The notes: a model not told the origin generated them from the letters alone. Positions 1 to 13,039 are shown, counted from the first letter of the whole stretch. The stretch is 63,868 nucleotides of DNA, filler included, from Choristocarpus tenellus KU-1152 (GCA_964200185.2; 11 parts of 11 records of this genome joined end to end with filler, not necessarily neighbours in it); one strand, 5' to 3'. Numbers and translations are program-made.

Positions 1-429
1 GCCCTTTGTTGCACCCTCCGCAGGTTGGGGTCATGATGGGAAAGTTGTTTTTTTGGGGGGGGGGGGGGGGGGGGGGAGGATTTTTTATTTATTGATGTTG
101 CCATGTAGTGTAATAGAGTGGAAATCAGGTATGTTGTTACTTCAGCGTGGTGGTATAAAACATAAATACATACAAATGGGTAATAAAAATGAATGTAATC
201 AATCCCGTGGGATGTTGGCTGTTGTTGTGGGTGGTGTGCAGTATGGGATGCCAGTCGAGTCTGACATGGTGATTGTTTGTATATGACTGAATGGATGAAT
301 TGTGTTGGAGAGCATTAGGTGGGTATACTTACACTCACTGGGATGTTAGTGTGTGTAGTGCACAGAGTCATTTGTGGATGTATCTTCCTCCTTGGGAGCT
401 CGCTGGTGATTGCTCATACTTGGACAGGC

Positions 430-870
430 GATATCCCTAAACCGACTCTATATCTAAAGTTGAGGGCCGTAGGGTTAGGGTTATCAAGTGTTAGGGATTT
501 GTGAGGAGGATTGTATTTATTGGGGATATTGTTACCAGTGTTGAATACGGCTGATGTAGATCGTTCTTCTTGTGGTAGAGAATGTGATGGAATAGTGATG
601 AACACATTCCAAGAAATTTATCAGAAAAGGTAGAGCAAGCAAGAGATTGTGTGCTTCCTTGTCTTCCGGGATGATGTCCGGTGTGTGTCAGAGATGGTGG
701 ATGTTGTGCTTGAGAGGTTGATAGGTCATTTTGTCCTTTCATGTTCAGGAGGGAGATAGGCCTGGAGTGCTGCCACTTTGGGTAGGATTGTGTAAAGCTA
801 TGTTTATCAAGGGACCTCGACGCATACTTGATGCTACTCCCTGTACAGTACCCAATGGAAATATTCCGGA
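430..870 (-). mobile_element. Degenerate LINE-type reverse transcriptase fragment
   Basis: ORF 491..877(-) contains 'SRPISLLN' followed about 25 aa later by 'GHHPGRQGST', resembling the non-LTR RT motifs YRPISLL and Q.GFR.GRST. Frameshifted; boundaries approximate. Confidence 0.4.
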
Positions 871-967
871 TATACATCAGAGAAGATTAGAGCCAGTGCA
901 GCCTGTGGACATGTACTGGTACGACAACGAGGAGGGGACAATGTCCGGACATGTTGAAGATTTTAGA

Positions 968-1384
968 ACCGGTCCAGGCGGTGGACCTGGACCAGGATGT
1001 GTCCGTTAGTTGTGGGACCGGTCCAGGCAGTGGACCTGGATCAGGACATGCCTGTTAGTTGTGGGACCGGTCCAGGAAGTGGACCTGGACTAGGACATAT
1101 CCGTTAGTTGTGGGACCGGTCCAGGAAGTGGACCTGGACTAGAACATGTCTGTTAGTTGTGGGAACGGTCCAGGAAGTGGACCTGGACCAGGACATGTCC
1201 GTTAGTTGTGGGACCGGTCCAGGAAGTGGACCTGGACTAGAACATGTCTGTTAGTTGTGGGAACGGTCCAGGAAGTGGACCTGGACCAGGACATGTCCGT
1301 TAGTTGTGGGAACGGTCCAGGAAGTGGACCTGGACCAGGACATGTCCGTTAGTTGTGGGAACGGTCAGGGCAGCGCACTGGACC
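968..1384. repeat. 49-bp tandem minisatellite, about 8.5 copies
   Basis: Unit GTTAGTTGTGGGACCGGTCCAGGAAGTGGACCTGGACCAGGACATGTCC starts at 1005, 1054, 1103, 1152, 1201, 1250, 1299 and 1348, with a partial unit from 968. Confidence 0.97.
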
Positions 1385-1646
1385 ATTTTAATTTGCTGGC
1401 CTGGTGAAGAGAGATGAAATTTGACAGAGAGTTCAAAATTTGTTTTGTAATGGTGAAGAGAAAAGCTTAATGAACATGAACCTGTGCACCAACAATGTTT
1501 GCACTAATGATAGCAGTAATATGGAAAGTTGAAAGTGTAGGTGTGAATGTGTTGGTGGAATGTTTGTTGTGATCTTTACTGTTTTTGAGTCATGTTTGTT
1601 GGTCAGTAGTGACTGTGCTCTATTTGTTTGTTGATGTTATTTTATT

Positions 1647-1736
1647 ATTAGTCTTCAGTACATCGGGTTAATATTGATTAGTCTTCAATACAAGGGGTTA
1701 ATATTGATTAGTCTTCAGTGCAATGCGTTAAAATTG
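1647..1736. repeat. 30-bp tandem repeat, 3 copies
   Basis: ATTAGTCTTCA...GTTAATATTG at 1647, 1677 and 1707. Confidence 0.85.
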
Positions 1737-2235
1737 AATTTAGGATTGTATCCTGTAGGTGTTTTGCAGGGAAGTTAGGAAGGAGGTTTTTCTTAACTTT
1801 AGGTCTTGGAACAAAATCTTCGTGTACCACTTTATATTATTATTATTATTTCTGTTCTGTTTTTGCTGTATAGCAGTCATGATATAATATTATTTGCCTA
1901 CCTTTACTGTTCTCTCACATTTTTATACATTTGTTTGTAAAATACGGAATAATTACCACTTTTTTAAGCTTCTTGTATAATGGGACTTAAGAAGTACATA
2001 CATACTCGTCTGAATACTTTTCTTCTTTTCTTTCAAGGGTGAAACTGCTGCTATTAACTTACTGATACTGTTGTGGATATTTGAATGCATGCTCTATACA
2101 TACTTGAAGTGATGTCAATTGTTTTCTACACCTTTCACTATTGTACTAGTGTATACATAATGAATACGGCATGCGAGAGATGATTATTATTATTATTATA
2201 TTATTCTGTTCTTCCTGATTTTTTATTTTTTTTAG

Positions 2236-3629
2236 GTGAACCGTGCCTTGGCAGAACGCCTGCTGAAGAAGCAGACTGAGGCGTCATCAGGGAGGAAGAA
2301 GAGAGGTGGGTGGAAACGTACCTGGGTGGGGCAGAGGGGTTGTAGAGCCCCAACTGGAGAGGATGTTTTCTTTCACTTAGTTTCTCCGTTGTAGGTAGGC
2401 AAGGGGTTGAGGGAGAAGTGATGTGTGTGTGTGTGTTCTTTTGAGTATATTTTTGGTGTAAAAATATATATATATTTTTTTAATGTCCTTTTTTTGTTTT
2501 TTGTTCTGTGTTTTGGAAAAAAAAGTATTTTTTTATTATGTTACTATTTATCTTGTCACAAAAAGGTATTGTAAGATTGGAAATAAAAATCGGGATGAGT
2601 GCATCATGGAGATGATAGTATCAAGAAAAATAAAATAAAATAGTCTACGTAAGCAAAAAATAAAGATAAAATTAACGAAGGCGGAATCAGTAAATATTTC
2701 GGAATGGAACACCATTGACTACTCTAGTATCAGGGTTCCCTTCCTCCCCCCCCCCCCCCCCCCCCTCCCTGCTGAAAAAATAGCTCAGGGGTGCACCCCC
2801 TATCCAAGAACTCCAGTGAGAACAGTCAGGAAGTATTATAATATTGTGTGTGTGTATGTGTGATTGGCATCACAGCCCTATCATTTAATGTTCAATTTAT
2901 ACTATTGTTTATGTAATGTTTTTTTGTAATGCACGTAAGTTTTTTTATTTATTTACCCAGTACATCACCAGCCTAGGTAGCCTTGAGCCGCTTGCCCTGC
3001 ATTGGCCATTGTTGGCATTCAACCTGGTCTCTTCTTATTGATGATGTGATACCTTTTAGAGCTTTTAGAGCTCTTATCTAGCCCATACAACACTCTGTTG
3101 CTTCCATCACCCCCACAAACATCGACCAACTACATACGTACATACACACATACACAGGATGTCACATTCTCCCAAAGGTAATAATGGCAGAGCATTGTTA
3201 TTTTCTCCAGAGCAAGTGCTTTCCCCTTTTTATGCACCATTGCCATCCCTTGTGGCATGTTAATATCAGTAGGCTTATATTTTTTTTAAGAATGCATCTA
3301 TCTTCCTTGCCTATTGCTGCTGCAAGCAATGCAGACCAGACCAGACCTTCATCCACCACACACAACCCCCCTCCCCCACACACACACATACATCCAAGGA
3401 CAAAACATCATGTTGCCAGCGTGGCAAGTAACCCAAAGTCCAATCTCTGAACCCTCACCTCCTTCTGCAAGCAGGACAGGGTGCTGGTGGTGGCGATACC
3501 GGTACAGATGACAATCCCCTTGGCGATGACCGCTTTGCCGCCATGTTCAAATCGGAGGCGTTTGAGGTGGATGAAGAAAGCCAGGAGTTTGCAAGGGCAC
3601 ACCCGACAATGGCAGTGGCCAACAGGATG
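2236..3629 (+). CDS. NOL10: Nucleolar protein 10 / Enp2 homolog, two internal exons (NUC153 region), partial
   Basis: Exons 2236-2305 (VNRALAERLLKKQ...) and 3475-3629 (...NPLGDDRFAAMFKSEAFEVDEESQEFARAHP) have AG/GT borders and matching phase 1. They match the NOL10 'KVN..LA..L' and 'DDRF..MF....F.VDEES.EF' motifs. Confidence 0.85.
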
Positions 3630-4093
3630 GTACGGAAAGGGTTAAGGGTTGGCCGTTGGCATTGGTGTTTCTGGTGGCTCTCTTCTTACAGTTTTTTTTT
3701 TTTGTCCTGTCTTTTTTTTTTCTGCGGGTGCTTTGTCTGCTGGGGTTGTGGTAGTGCTTCAGAGGGCGTTTGTATTTGGAACGTGTAGAGTGGTTGGAGG
3801 TGGGGGTGTGTTTGTATTTTGTTCGTGTTTCTTGAATCTGTTACGAGTTGGAGTGCTAGAGATTGGGAGGCGTGCGGGGGAGTAGTGATGTTTGGTGCAG
3901 GGTTTTTGAAGTGGAGAGGCCTAATTCCATGAGTATCCTGGGCTAGTTGAACTACTGTGAAAAATATGTCATTTTATTCCTTATTCCCTCACTTCTGCTT
4001 TGTTTATTGTCAAGTGGTTCACGGTAGGGTGTTCCTTCCCCCTCTCCCCTCCCCCCCCCCCCCCTCCCCTCCCTCTTCCCTTCCACTCCCCCC

Positions 4094-4193
4094 NNNNNNN
4101 NNNNNNNNNNNNNNNNNNNNNNNNNNNNNNNNNNNNNTTAATTAATTAANNNNNNNNNNNNNNNNNNNNNNNNNNNNNNNNNNNNNNNNNNNN
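4094..4193. other. Artificial contig linker N44-TTAATTAATTAA-N44 (first of 10)
   Basis: Identical 100-nt six-frame-stop spacer also at 7084, 12528, 16858, 20846, 32249, 36056, 44889, 49512 and 60678. Confidence 0.97.
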
Positions 4194-4374
4194 CAGCGGG
4201 GGGGCGGAGGGCCTGCGTGCTTCTACACCAGCGTGTCCATTTGGGCCATAACCAGGAAAAGTGTATATTCATTATCCATCTGACGTATGCAACCAGATCA
4301 CCCAAAAATTGCGACATGAAAAAATTGTCCCCAAATAAATAGACAGGCGCCACCCCCCCCAGATACTTTGAGCC
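4194..4374 (-). mobile_element. MITE family B copy, truncated at contig edge
   Basis: Ends CCCCCCCCAGATACTTTGAGCC; the body is the reverse complement of the complete copy at 35645-35822. Confidence 0.85.
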
Positions 4375-4375
4375 A

Positions 4376-6434
4376 TGTTTTATCTTACCGTTTGCATATT
4401 ATGACTTGTATTGTACCAAAGCAAATATAAACGTACTTGAAACCTATGCTATATACTTGTATCGGCACGTACAACGTAAGGATAACACTAGGTTATTCGA
4501 CATCCTCCCCTTGCTGAAAACAAGTATTAACTCTCAAACAATAACACAAAAATCCCAACACACATGTTACCTTACATGTTCATTAAAGTTTCACATTTTG
4601 TCTAAAACCTCGGACTGGCAAATTCTTGGTCAACACATCTGCCCTTTGGTTTGCAGTACCAACAAAAACAACATGAATCTCTCCTTTCCTGGCTAAGTTC
4701 CTCCAATAATGGTGTCAGACACCAATGTGCTTTGTTCTAGTAGAGCTTGTGGCATTTCGTACTAGTTTGCGTGCATCATCGTTGTCCTCAAAGGTGTCAA
4801 TGTAACACCTAGGAAGCTGTGGCTGAATAAACTCAAAAGTACTTCTCAAGAAAAGCAATTCCCCTGCCACACTACTAAGGGCTATGTACTCACTCTCCGT
4901 AGAAGACAAAGCTACAACCTTTTGTATCTTTGACATCCAAGATATTGCTCCTCCTGCAAACATTGTTGCTCCTCCAGTGACTAATCTACGATTATTCCAG
5001 TCTCCAGCATAACTAGCATCACCATATGCACTCAACTCACACTCAGAATCATAACCACCAAAATTCAATCCAACACTCGGACACGTATTCAAATATGCCA
5101 AAATACACTTAAATGCACGCCAATGTGTGACTTTGGGGTTACTACTATGCTTAGCAACCTCACGAACTGTGCTGGCAATGTCTAGCCTTGTCATAACAGA
5201 TGCCCACATCAAACTACCAACTGCCTCTCTGTATGGTGTATTTTCATCAACACTTGGATTATCCCCACTCTTGTCCAAAGTCCTTGAGAGACCATTTGGG
5301 TACCACCCTCTTTTGCCCCATCCATACCAAATCTTGGACAAATACTCTTAATATATTTGTTCTTACTGATGGTGACAGTCTGTGCAGCTTTGTCACGTGA
5401 AATCTCCCAACCCATATAATACCCAAGGCCACCAAAATCTTCAATAGAAAGAAGCTCCTTAATCCTAGAGCGAACCCAAATCAAAATATCAATTATACCA
5501 GCTACCACAATACCGTCAACGTGGGGGACTATCACAGCATAAACAACGCCATCTCTTACACATCGTATCTCACAAGGATCTGCTCTGCATTGCTCAAAAA
5601 TACACTGTTCCAAAACGTGCACCAAACAAATTATTAAACTCCCTGCTAGCCCGTTTGGTGTCATAAAGGACTTTCACTAAATGTACAGTCTTTCCTGACA
5701 ATATACTACATCCATCACATAAACGAACGAAAATATCTTCACTAATGTCTGCCTGGATAAAAGCTTGCTTGACATCCCCGTGCTTCAATTCCCAATCCTT
5801 GCCTGCAGCTAATGCTAAAACCATTTTCAAAGACACAGGCGACGGTGTTAGGGCAAAATTATCTTGGCAATCTAAACCCTCAATCTGTCAAAAACCTTTT
5901 GCTACCAAACGTGCCTCCTATCTTTTTTCCTCACCAAATTTGTTAGTATTACGCTTGTGAATCCATTTTGGTATCTATTGCCCTGCGCCCAGGGGATATT
6001 ACGGCCTCCACCAGACATTATGCAACAACAAAACAAACATCTCTTCTGCTCTAGCTCGATCCCATAAATCACATTCGGGAGAGGTACGTGCTGCTCTTAC
6101 AGTCTTGGGTTCTGGAGGGAGCTCATCCACTAACACTCTAATAGAATCACCACTCGTACACGTCACAAGGGTAGTCTCTATGGAAACCGACAAACAAGTT
6201 GTAAAAACTTAGACATGTCAAAAACAGCAGCTTTTGCAGAAGTATCTTGACGGTTGCCAGATCTGGTGCGATGATGAGGAAGGGTGTTGCTGTTTCCGTT
6301 CCCTGTACTGAGCCGTTGAAGTTCCCTTTCACATTGGCTGTCCTTAGTCTCATCTTCCTCGTTGTTATTCCCATCATTTTCAGTATCCCTAGTTTCATCA
6401 CCATCACCCCATGTAGCTTCAGATTCATCATCAT
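4376..6434 (-). mobile_element. Ty1/copia LTR retrotransposon remnant (RT-RNase H, PPT, start of 3' LTR)
   Basis: Frameshifted pol pieces: EPKT..AA, KARLVAKGF, HGDVKQAFIQA, YREAVGSLMWA, YGDASYAGD, VALSSTESEY, RTKHIGV. Polypurine tract AAGGGGAGGA at 4503-4512 is followed directly by TG at 4502-4501. Confidence 0.92.
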
Positions 6435-6456
6435 CAGCTAATCCTCCTTCAATCCA

Positions 6457-6714
6457 GAGTCAAATTATCTTAGAGGGTAGAGCCCCGTCCATTTGGGGGT
6501 CAAAGTCCAATGTTGCGATGTTGATGTGATTTTGGCTATCGTGTTTCTCAATAAGGTTCAATATCCTTGTTCCAGGCACACCCTTTAATAATGTGTACAT
6601 CTTATCTACTCCGAAATGTTTCGGATTAGGTAAAATGTAAAATAAAAAACTGAGAAGTCAAGCCCCAAAGGGATAAACAGGGCAAAACTTGTACTCTCTA
6701 AGATACTTGCACTC
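6457..6714 (+). mobile_element. MITE family A copy (about 260 bp)
   Basis: Termini GAGTCAAATTATCTTAGAGGGTA...TACTCTCTAAGATACTTGCACTC; aligns with seven other copies in the window. Confidence 0.9.
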
Positions 6715-7083
6715 TAACCGTAGCTCAGAGACGAGCACTAGTGCGGAGCAAACTGAAAAAAATTGGGCTGCAGTGACAGAGGACCAACTCCTTAAGGCGC
6801 TAAAAAAGGTGGCGAGAGTCGATGATGAAAGCAGAACCTTCGACATTGGGCAAATCCACAAGGATTTGCAAAGGGTTGCCCGGATGGGAAATGATGGGTC
6901 CACCGTGGATTGGGTCATGAATGTGACCCAGGACATCGAGGGCTATCTGGAAGATAATAATCTGAATGGCGCTTTCCGAAACAATCCTGGACAAGTAGGG
7001 GAGACTTGGAAGGCAGGGCCAGGAAAGGTACTCTCGGAGGCCTTTATTGCAGGGCTTAAACCACCTGCGTTTAAGGCTGAAAT
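6715..7083 (+). mobile_element. Gag-like ORF fragment, probably Ty3/gypsy
   Basis: Uninterrupted helical ORF (VTEDQLLKALKK...FIAGLKPPAFK) resembling gag regions of stramenopile gypsy elements; cut by the MITE and the contig end. Confidence 0.35.
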
Positions 7084-7232
7084 NNNNNNNNNNNNNNNNN
7101 NNNNNNNNNNNNNNNNNNNNNNNNNNNTTAATTAATTAANNNNNNNNNNNNNNNNNNNNNNNNNNNNNNNNNNNNNNNNNNNNCCCCCCCAGATACTTTG
7201 ACCCTTCACCTGTTTGTTTTTATTTACTTCAG

Positions 7233-8318
7233 GAGATCATGGACGAGAGTGATCGCCTGGCTGCATTTATTGAGCAACGGGCAAAGGACGTTCTACTTCG
7301 ATATGCCTACCAACGGAGGGAGAGGAAAATGTTCGGGCGGCACGCCATGCTGGGACGAACACCTGACCATGTAAGTGGGGATACATATTCGATTGTGGCC
7401 TGTGGTGGACGTGCTTGTGAAAGAAAGTCGCCCTTCTGTGAAGAAAAAGCTGTGGTGTTGGTGACAACTTGCCATCTTCTAGTGTAAGATAGGCAATGTA
7501 CTGTACTGGTGATGATAGTGTAGTAGTGGGATGGTGATTGAATGTGATTGAATGTGATTGATTAGATTAGATTAGATTGATGATTGAATGTGCGACACCT
7601 GGGTTCCACAGTGATTCCCTTAGTACTTAGCTCTTCTGGTACTTTGGTACTCGGAGTACTTTGTGTGTCCTCAATACGCTGCAAAGATGTGTTGTGATGA
7701 GTGTGCTGAGGGCTGGGTGTTCTCTCAATACATATCGTGTGTTTTTTGTCTGTGAGTTGTCATTCGTGATTGACTGTTTGCCCTGCATTTTATACAACGT
7801 AATTTCAATTCAAGGGTGTACCTTAATTATAAAACAGAAGCAACTTTTCTTTTGCTGTCCTCTATATATATATTTGTAGAAAGTAAACTTCTTGTACTAC
7901 TACAACGGACTATTTTTGTGAACATGCGATTTTCCCTCCTCTCTATTTTTGTATGAGCACACCTCATCCATCTCCTTTCTATCTCTCTCAGGACAAGTCA
8001 TTCTTCAGACAGTTGAGCACGGCCTCATCACCTTCTTCTGTTCACAGCAGTATCAGAGATAGCTTGAGAGGCCGAGAGGATGATACCCAGGTTGCTGTGA
8101 GTGACAATGAGCGTACTCGGCTTGTCTTGGGTAAAGCTCCTCTTAGCACTGACAGGACAACTGCTACTGGAATTAATAGTACAGGACCAGGCGTACAGGG
8201 AAATCATTCAGGGCAAGGGCCATGGGCTCGTATGATGAATGCTGCAAAGAGAACCTCTGCCCTGAACAACGACTTGGAGAGTGTAGGTGGGGAAGGGGGG
8301 GAGGAGGGGCCGAAGTGA
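7233..8318 (+). CDS. Last two exons of a host gene, possibly CNNM/DUF21-CBS metal transporter family
   Basis: Exon 7233-7370 (ttcag|GAG...CAT|gtaagt) and exon 7992-8318 (ctcag|GAC...TGA), both phase 0. Begins 'EIMDESD', like the EEI.DE.D motif closing the CBS pair of CNNM proteins. Exon structure is solid; the family call is weak. Confidence 0.6.
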
Positions 8319-10559
8319 CGAGAACAATTTCAGAGTAAACAGGGACAATGGAAGCTTGGCGGAAGGGGGCAAGAACTTTCTTCTACCGAAGAGTTACTGA
8401 ATTGTTTGTGAAAACACACTCTGCTGGTAGATCAAACTTTGATGCTAAAATTTGGCCCTTTTGACTTCTTTTTTTTATAGTTAGTGTTGCAGGATAGCGG
8501 GTGGATGGGCAGTGCTTGGAGTTGGAGGTTGTGTTTGTGAGTTGTTTTTTAGGGTATCTGAATGATTACCAATATTTGTTGCTCACCTTCCTTCCTTTTA
8601 GAACTCTCAAAGTACAATTAATGTTGAGGGGTTGACTGCTATCATCTACTCCGGAGCAGCAAGCAAGGTGTGGTACAGTAAGTATAGGATTAGTCCGTTG
8701 TGGGTGGACTAGTATTGAGGATAGCAGAGCTTGAATGGGGTGTAGTAGTAGGACCAATGGGAACGACCCCACCCTTGTTGTCCTCTCTGCCACAACTCGA
8801 TGGATACAGGGATTGCTAGTTGTGTAACATGAAGAGGAGTTAGTACCGTCTAGATATATATTATGTCTCACAATGCTAATTGATGGCATGGGTCGTAGTT
8901 TACCAATAGTGAAACCTGTACATGTGTATGTGTGATGTATGCAATGATCTTGGGATTGTGTGATTGATTATTGTGGAAAGGGATTGTTTTTGCCAGTGAC
9001 CTCTTTCGTGGGGTGTGTAATAGTAGGAGTCTGCTATCACTGTTGTTACTGTGCCCAAAGTTGCAGACTTTCGACATAATGCTGAGACACAGCAGATTCA
9101 AAAGGACGTACGTTCGTGAATATGATTTAATTTGTGCTTTTTCTAGGCCCCTACAGTTGTTCTAAGTTGCAGTAGTAGTAATAATGCACACACATACTTC
9201 ATAAACAGGGATACAGTAATACCGGCTTTTTCAAGCACTCACTACTTGTGAAGTATTAATACTTCGCTAGTAATCTCTAGTGCCAGGCACAAGTCGTAAC
9301 TCTTGCCTTGCTTGTTTATACCGCCACGTTGTCCTCTTGGGTGGTGTTGATGGCCAGGTGGTGGTGCAATATTACAAGTCGTAAGCTTACACCTACCTGA
9401 AAATGCTCGGTAAGATGAGTGTGTGTGTGTGACGTACCAATCTCACGCATTTTTACCGATCACTGTCCATGTTTTCTGTCAATGTGTACTGCTATACCAC
9501 AGTCAGGTGTGATAATATGCACACCCAGTGCAACATAGTGTTTGCATGATGTTACTTCTTGTTTTTATCTTACATACCTCGAAGTATATACACAATGTAC
9601 GTGGCGAAATATATTTTTTTGTGGGACAACGAAAAGAGGTTACAGGAGAGCAAATGGTCTCGACCATTTGCTGAACAGCGGATGTCACATGTCAAATGCC
9701 GCTGAGCGTTGTTCCGGACAAAGGTTACAGGGGAAATGACCGCAAGCGTCATCCAACACAACAGAGGTAAGCCGCAAATTGTCCCTAACGTTTGCCGGAC
9801 GATCGGCACAATCAGTGTGTGGTGCGGACGTACGGATTTACCTGTTGCACTACTCTCTTTTTTTCTTTTCCCTCCTCTTCAACCTCTCACTACTAGTTAA
9901 GTGTGAGATAATATTAGATCTATCATAAAAAAATAGAATGGAATAGGTGAAATGTTCAGTACGTTGCTTCTATTGTCCTTCTGGAGAAAGGATGATATAA
10001 TTGGTCAAACGAGTACAGGTATTATATGCTTGAATGTTTTCTGGACAGTCGACAACATAAAGCAATGTCAAGTGTATGTCCTGACAATGAATGGAAGTTA
10101 GGCGCAAGCCTTGTGGTAGATGACAAGCACTATAATGCAAATAAATGGACTCCGATGTTCAAATGTTACTGAGCAACTACCGCCCAATTGTTATCCAGAT
10201 AACTGGGCATTAAAGAACAAGTTGCCCCTAACGTATTCTGTTCTAGATAACCCATCCGAAAGACTGAAGAATGTGGTTGGTCGGGAGCACTACTTCATCT
10301 ATTTTTTTTGTCCTTACCGTTGTTGTTGTTGTTGGGATTGTAAATCGTAGTGGCAGCAGCAGCAGCAGTAGTAGAAGAAGTATTGGTAGACTATCTGCTA
10401 CCACGTTTTATCATTGCAGACATACACAGACAGACGGCATGAAGTTATCGCACACCAGATAGTATTAAATAAATGGAGAATTTTTTTTTCCCAAATTTAA
10501 GATTATGTGGAAAGGAGATGGTATATACCCACCACACAACATAAGGGGTTAAGACAAAA

Positions 10560-11400
10560 CCAACGAACGACAGGCACTATCTTCATCGCTGAGTGGGGGG
10601 TAGGTGTAGGTCTTAAAATGCTAAGAGGGCGCACACATGTTGATGACACGGTACAAGATAGGGTGTCGTTTCAATGACCTCTTCACCAGTGATGAACTAC
10701 TCTATGCACGAGTTATTCCCAATTTTTTCCCTCTCACAGAACTGAATGGCCAATAAAATTCAATTTCAAGAAAATGTCACATTTTGGGTTTCAATGAGTG
10801 ACTCTGCATTCAACAGATCCTGCGTTTGAAGAGTTACACTGTCCTGGTTGTTATGATATTATTCTAAATGTTAGCATACTTAGTACAAGAACATGCGAGA
10901 CTACTACTACTCCTACTATAACTAATAATACCGATCATTGTGTTTTTTTGCGGAGACATGTGCATATGATAACAATGGGGTAATGGACACTACAGTATGT
11001 ACCACTAACAACACATCATAAACCTAAAGAGAGAGATGCTGCTTCTATTCGTAGCGAAAGCATATCCAAAATACTCCTTCACGAGAAACATCAATTTCTG
11101 GCAGATAGAAGGAACATACGCCAGAAAATTCTTTTCAAGCCAAGTGCAAGTATATATAGATGATAACGGAAGTAAGGCGGACAGGAGAAAAATCGGTGAA
11201 TGCACCTGCAAGAAGACCTTGAGAACTTTATGATCACTTTTGAGGGATGGAACATAGGGGCAACCAACCAACGTAGGTGGTATTAATGTGTGGTTGGCAA
11301 CACAACGAGCTTCAAGACAGTGGGGCATTCTAACTAAAGTGTGAACCCTGATACAATATATGTACCTTATGCTACACCTGCAAGCAGTTAAGGTAGCCCA
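10560..11400 (+). mobile_element. Degenerate ISL2EU / PIF-Harbinger-like (DDE_Tnp_4) transposase remnant
   Basis: 'LLFVAKAYP' resembles I.FVS.AYGG, 'KADRR' resembles MADRG, and a later 'A..R...' helix follows. Multiple stops. Confidence 0.4.
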
Positions 11401-11910
11401 AGTCACCAACGAAGCCACAGCCGTACACTGCCTAGTTCCATTGTTTTCTGATTTCTCGCTGTGGTTCTCTTCTGAGGTTTTTCTTGCACCCTTTTTGGCA
11501 TGACTACGAATGTTACGCGGTCTGGTTCTGTGTGATAGGGGTGATGAGGATCACTAGAGATGAGCTTTAGGAAGGAGGTGAGAGATGGGACTGAGGTATT
11601 ATGCTAAGGGCACATTATCCACACCAATCAGTGTATTGGAGATCCAAAAAAGGGAACCTGTCCCTGGCATTGATTAAGTTTTGATGATTTGCTAAAAAAT
11701 ATATAGTGCATCACACCCGAGTTCTCCTCGTATCATATAGAAGCAAATATAGAAAAAAATGGATGAACTGCCAATGTTGAGGACAAATCCGAGATTTCCG
11801 CCAACAAAAACGGGGGAATCGGCTTATCAATATGACCTTATATTTTATGCCTCCAAATTCACTCATGTGCCGATGACGGGATGAAGATTTGGGTAAAATC
11901 TTCATATTTT

Positions 11911-12134
11911 ATTTATTATGCCCTCTGACATTTTGGAGATGTGCCAGGGGGAAAACTAATGAAAACTATTCGCATATCTGAAAAATCCCTAAAGTAACAG
12001 TTGTCACAAAAGTGAAAAATGTTCATCTATTTCCTATTTTGCTACCACATATCTATGTTATGCTGCTGTCTTCCTGTGTCCCAGACCTATTCCTGCACCC
12101 CAGGGTGAGGAGCTAGGGAAGCATCCCACTAATC
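11911..12134 (-). mobile_element. 5'-truncated copy of the RLE non-LTR element (ORF end plus 3' UTR)
   Basis: 12087-12134 matches the reverse complement of 18816-18863, and 11911-12003 matches the reverse complement of about 18870-18965. Confidence 0.85.
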
Positions 12135-13039
12135 CATCATAATCATCATCGGTTTATTGCATATTTGTATTGTTCTGCTGACTCCAACTCTATGTTCATA
12201 TACTATTATATCTTGATGCACTGAATTGTCTCTTTTTCAAAGTTTTTTTTCTTGCTGATATGGAGCAGAACAAAGGTATTAACCATGCTCGACTCAATAT
12301 TTTGTTTTTTTTCAAGGTTGGTTGTGGAGGAACACTCTCAAACGGGTTTGCCATGCAGGCTGGGTGGGTAGGTAGGAATGGCAGATTTGGATATGTTTCA
12401 GAAAAATACTATATGTTAGTATGTACTACTGGAGTAGTACATAAGAAGCATGGATCTGGGATCATCGGGATTTGGAAGCACCCAAAATGCCACACACAGA
12501 TGTAGACTCAAAGTATCTGGGGGGGGGNNNNNNNNNNNNNNNNNNNNNNNNNNNNNNNNNNNNNNNNNNNNTTAATTAATTAANNNNNNNNNNNNNNNNN
12601 NNNNNNNNNNNNNNNNNNNNNNNNNNNGCAAGGCCAGGCCTCCATCGCAGTGAGACAAACTCCAATGTAGCCTGTTCGTTCTGTAATTACCTGAATGAGG
12701 GATGGTCACCACATCCTTCCGAAATCACACATTTTCATTGAAATCAGAGAGACGTTGTGTTCACCAGTTCCACCATAGTTCGGAACCGGTGATGCACACA
12801 TTCTCCTATCAAGAGCAGAACGAAACCCAACGACAAAGTTTGTGTTCCCCGATATCCGCGTTTCGATATGTATTGGAACCAAACGATATTTCTTCCAGTT
12901 CCTGTTTCCGATCACAACCCTAGCACCTGTCCCAACCCTAACCCTGTGCCCTAACCCTGATACCGTCTCTCACCCTTACACAATAATGAAATTAGGCCAA
13001 GTTATGTTTCGCCCTTCCTTCATCTGCTCGCCTCATGTA

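Noticed and set aside
1191-1200. GGACATGTCC matches a p53 half-site
   Set aside because: The p53 family is not known from stramenopiles; treated as a coincidental palindrome.
968-1384. CRISPR-like array
   Set aside because: Units are contiguous with no unique spacers, there are no cas genes, and the context is eukaryotic.
4138-4149. Recurrent TTAATTAATTAA palindrome as a biological site
   Set aside because: Always embedded in N44 blocks; a synthetic six-frame stop linker.
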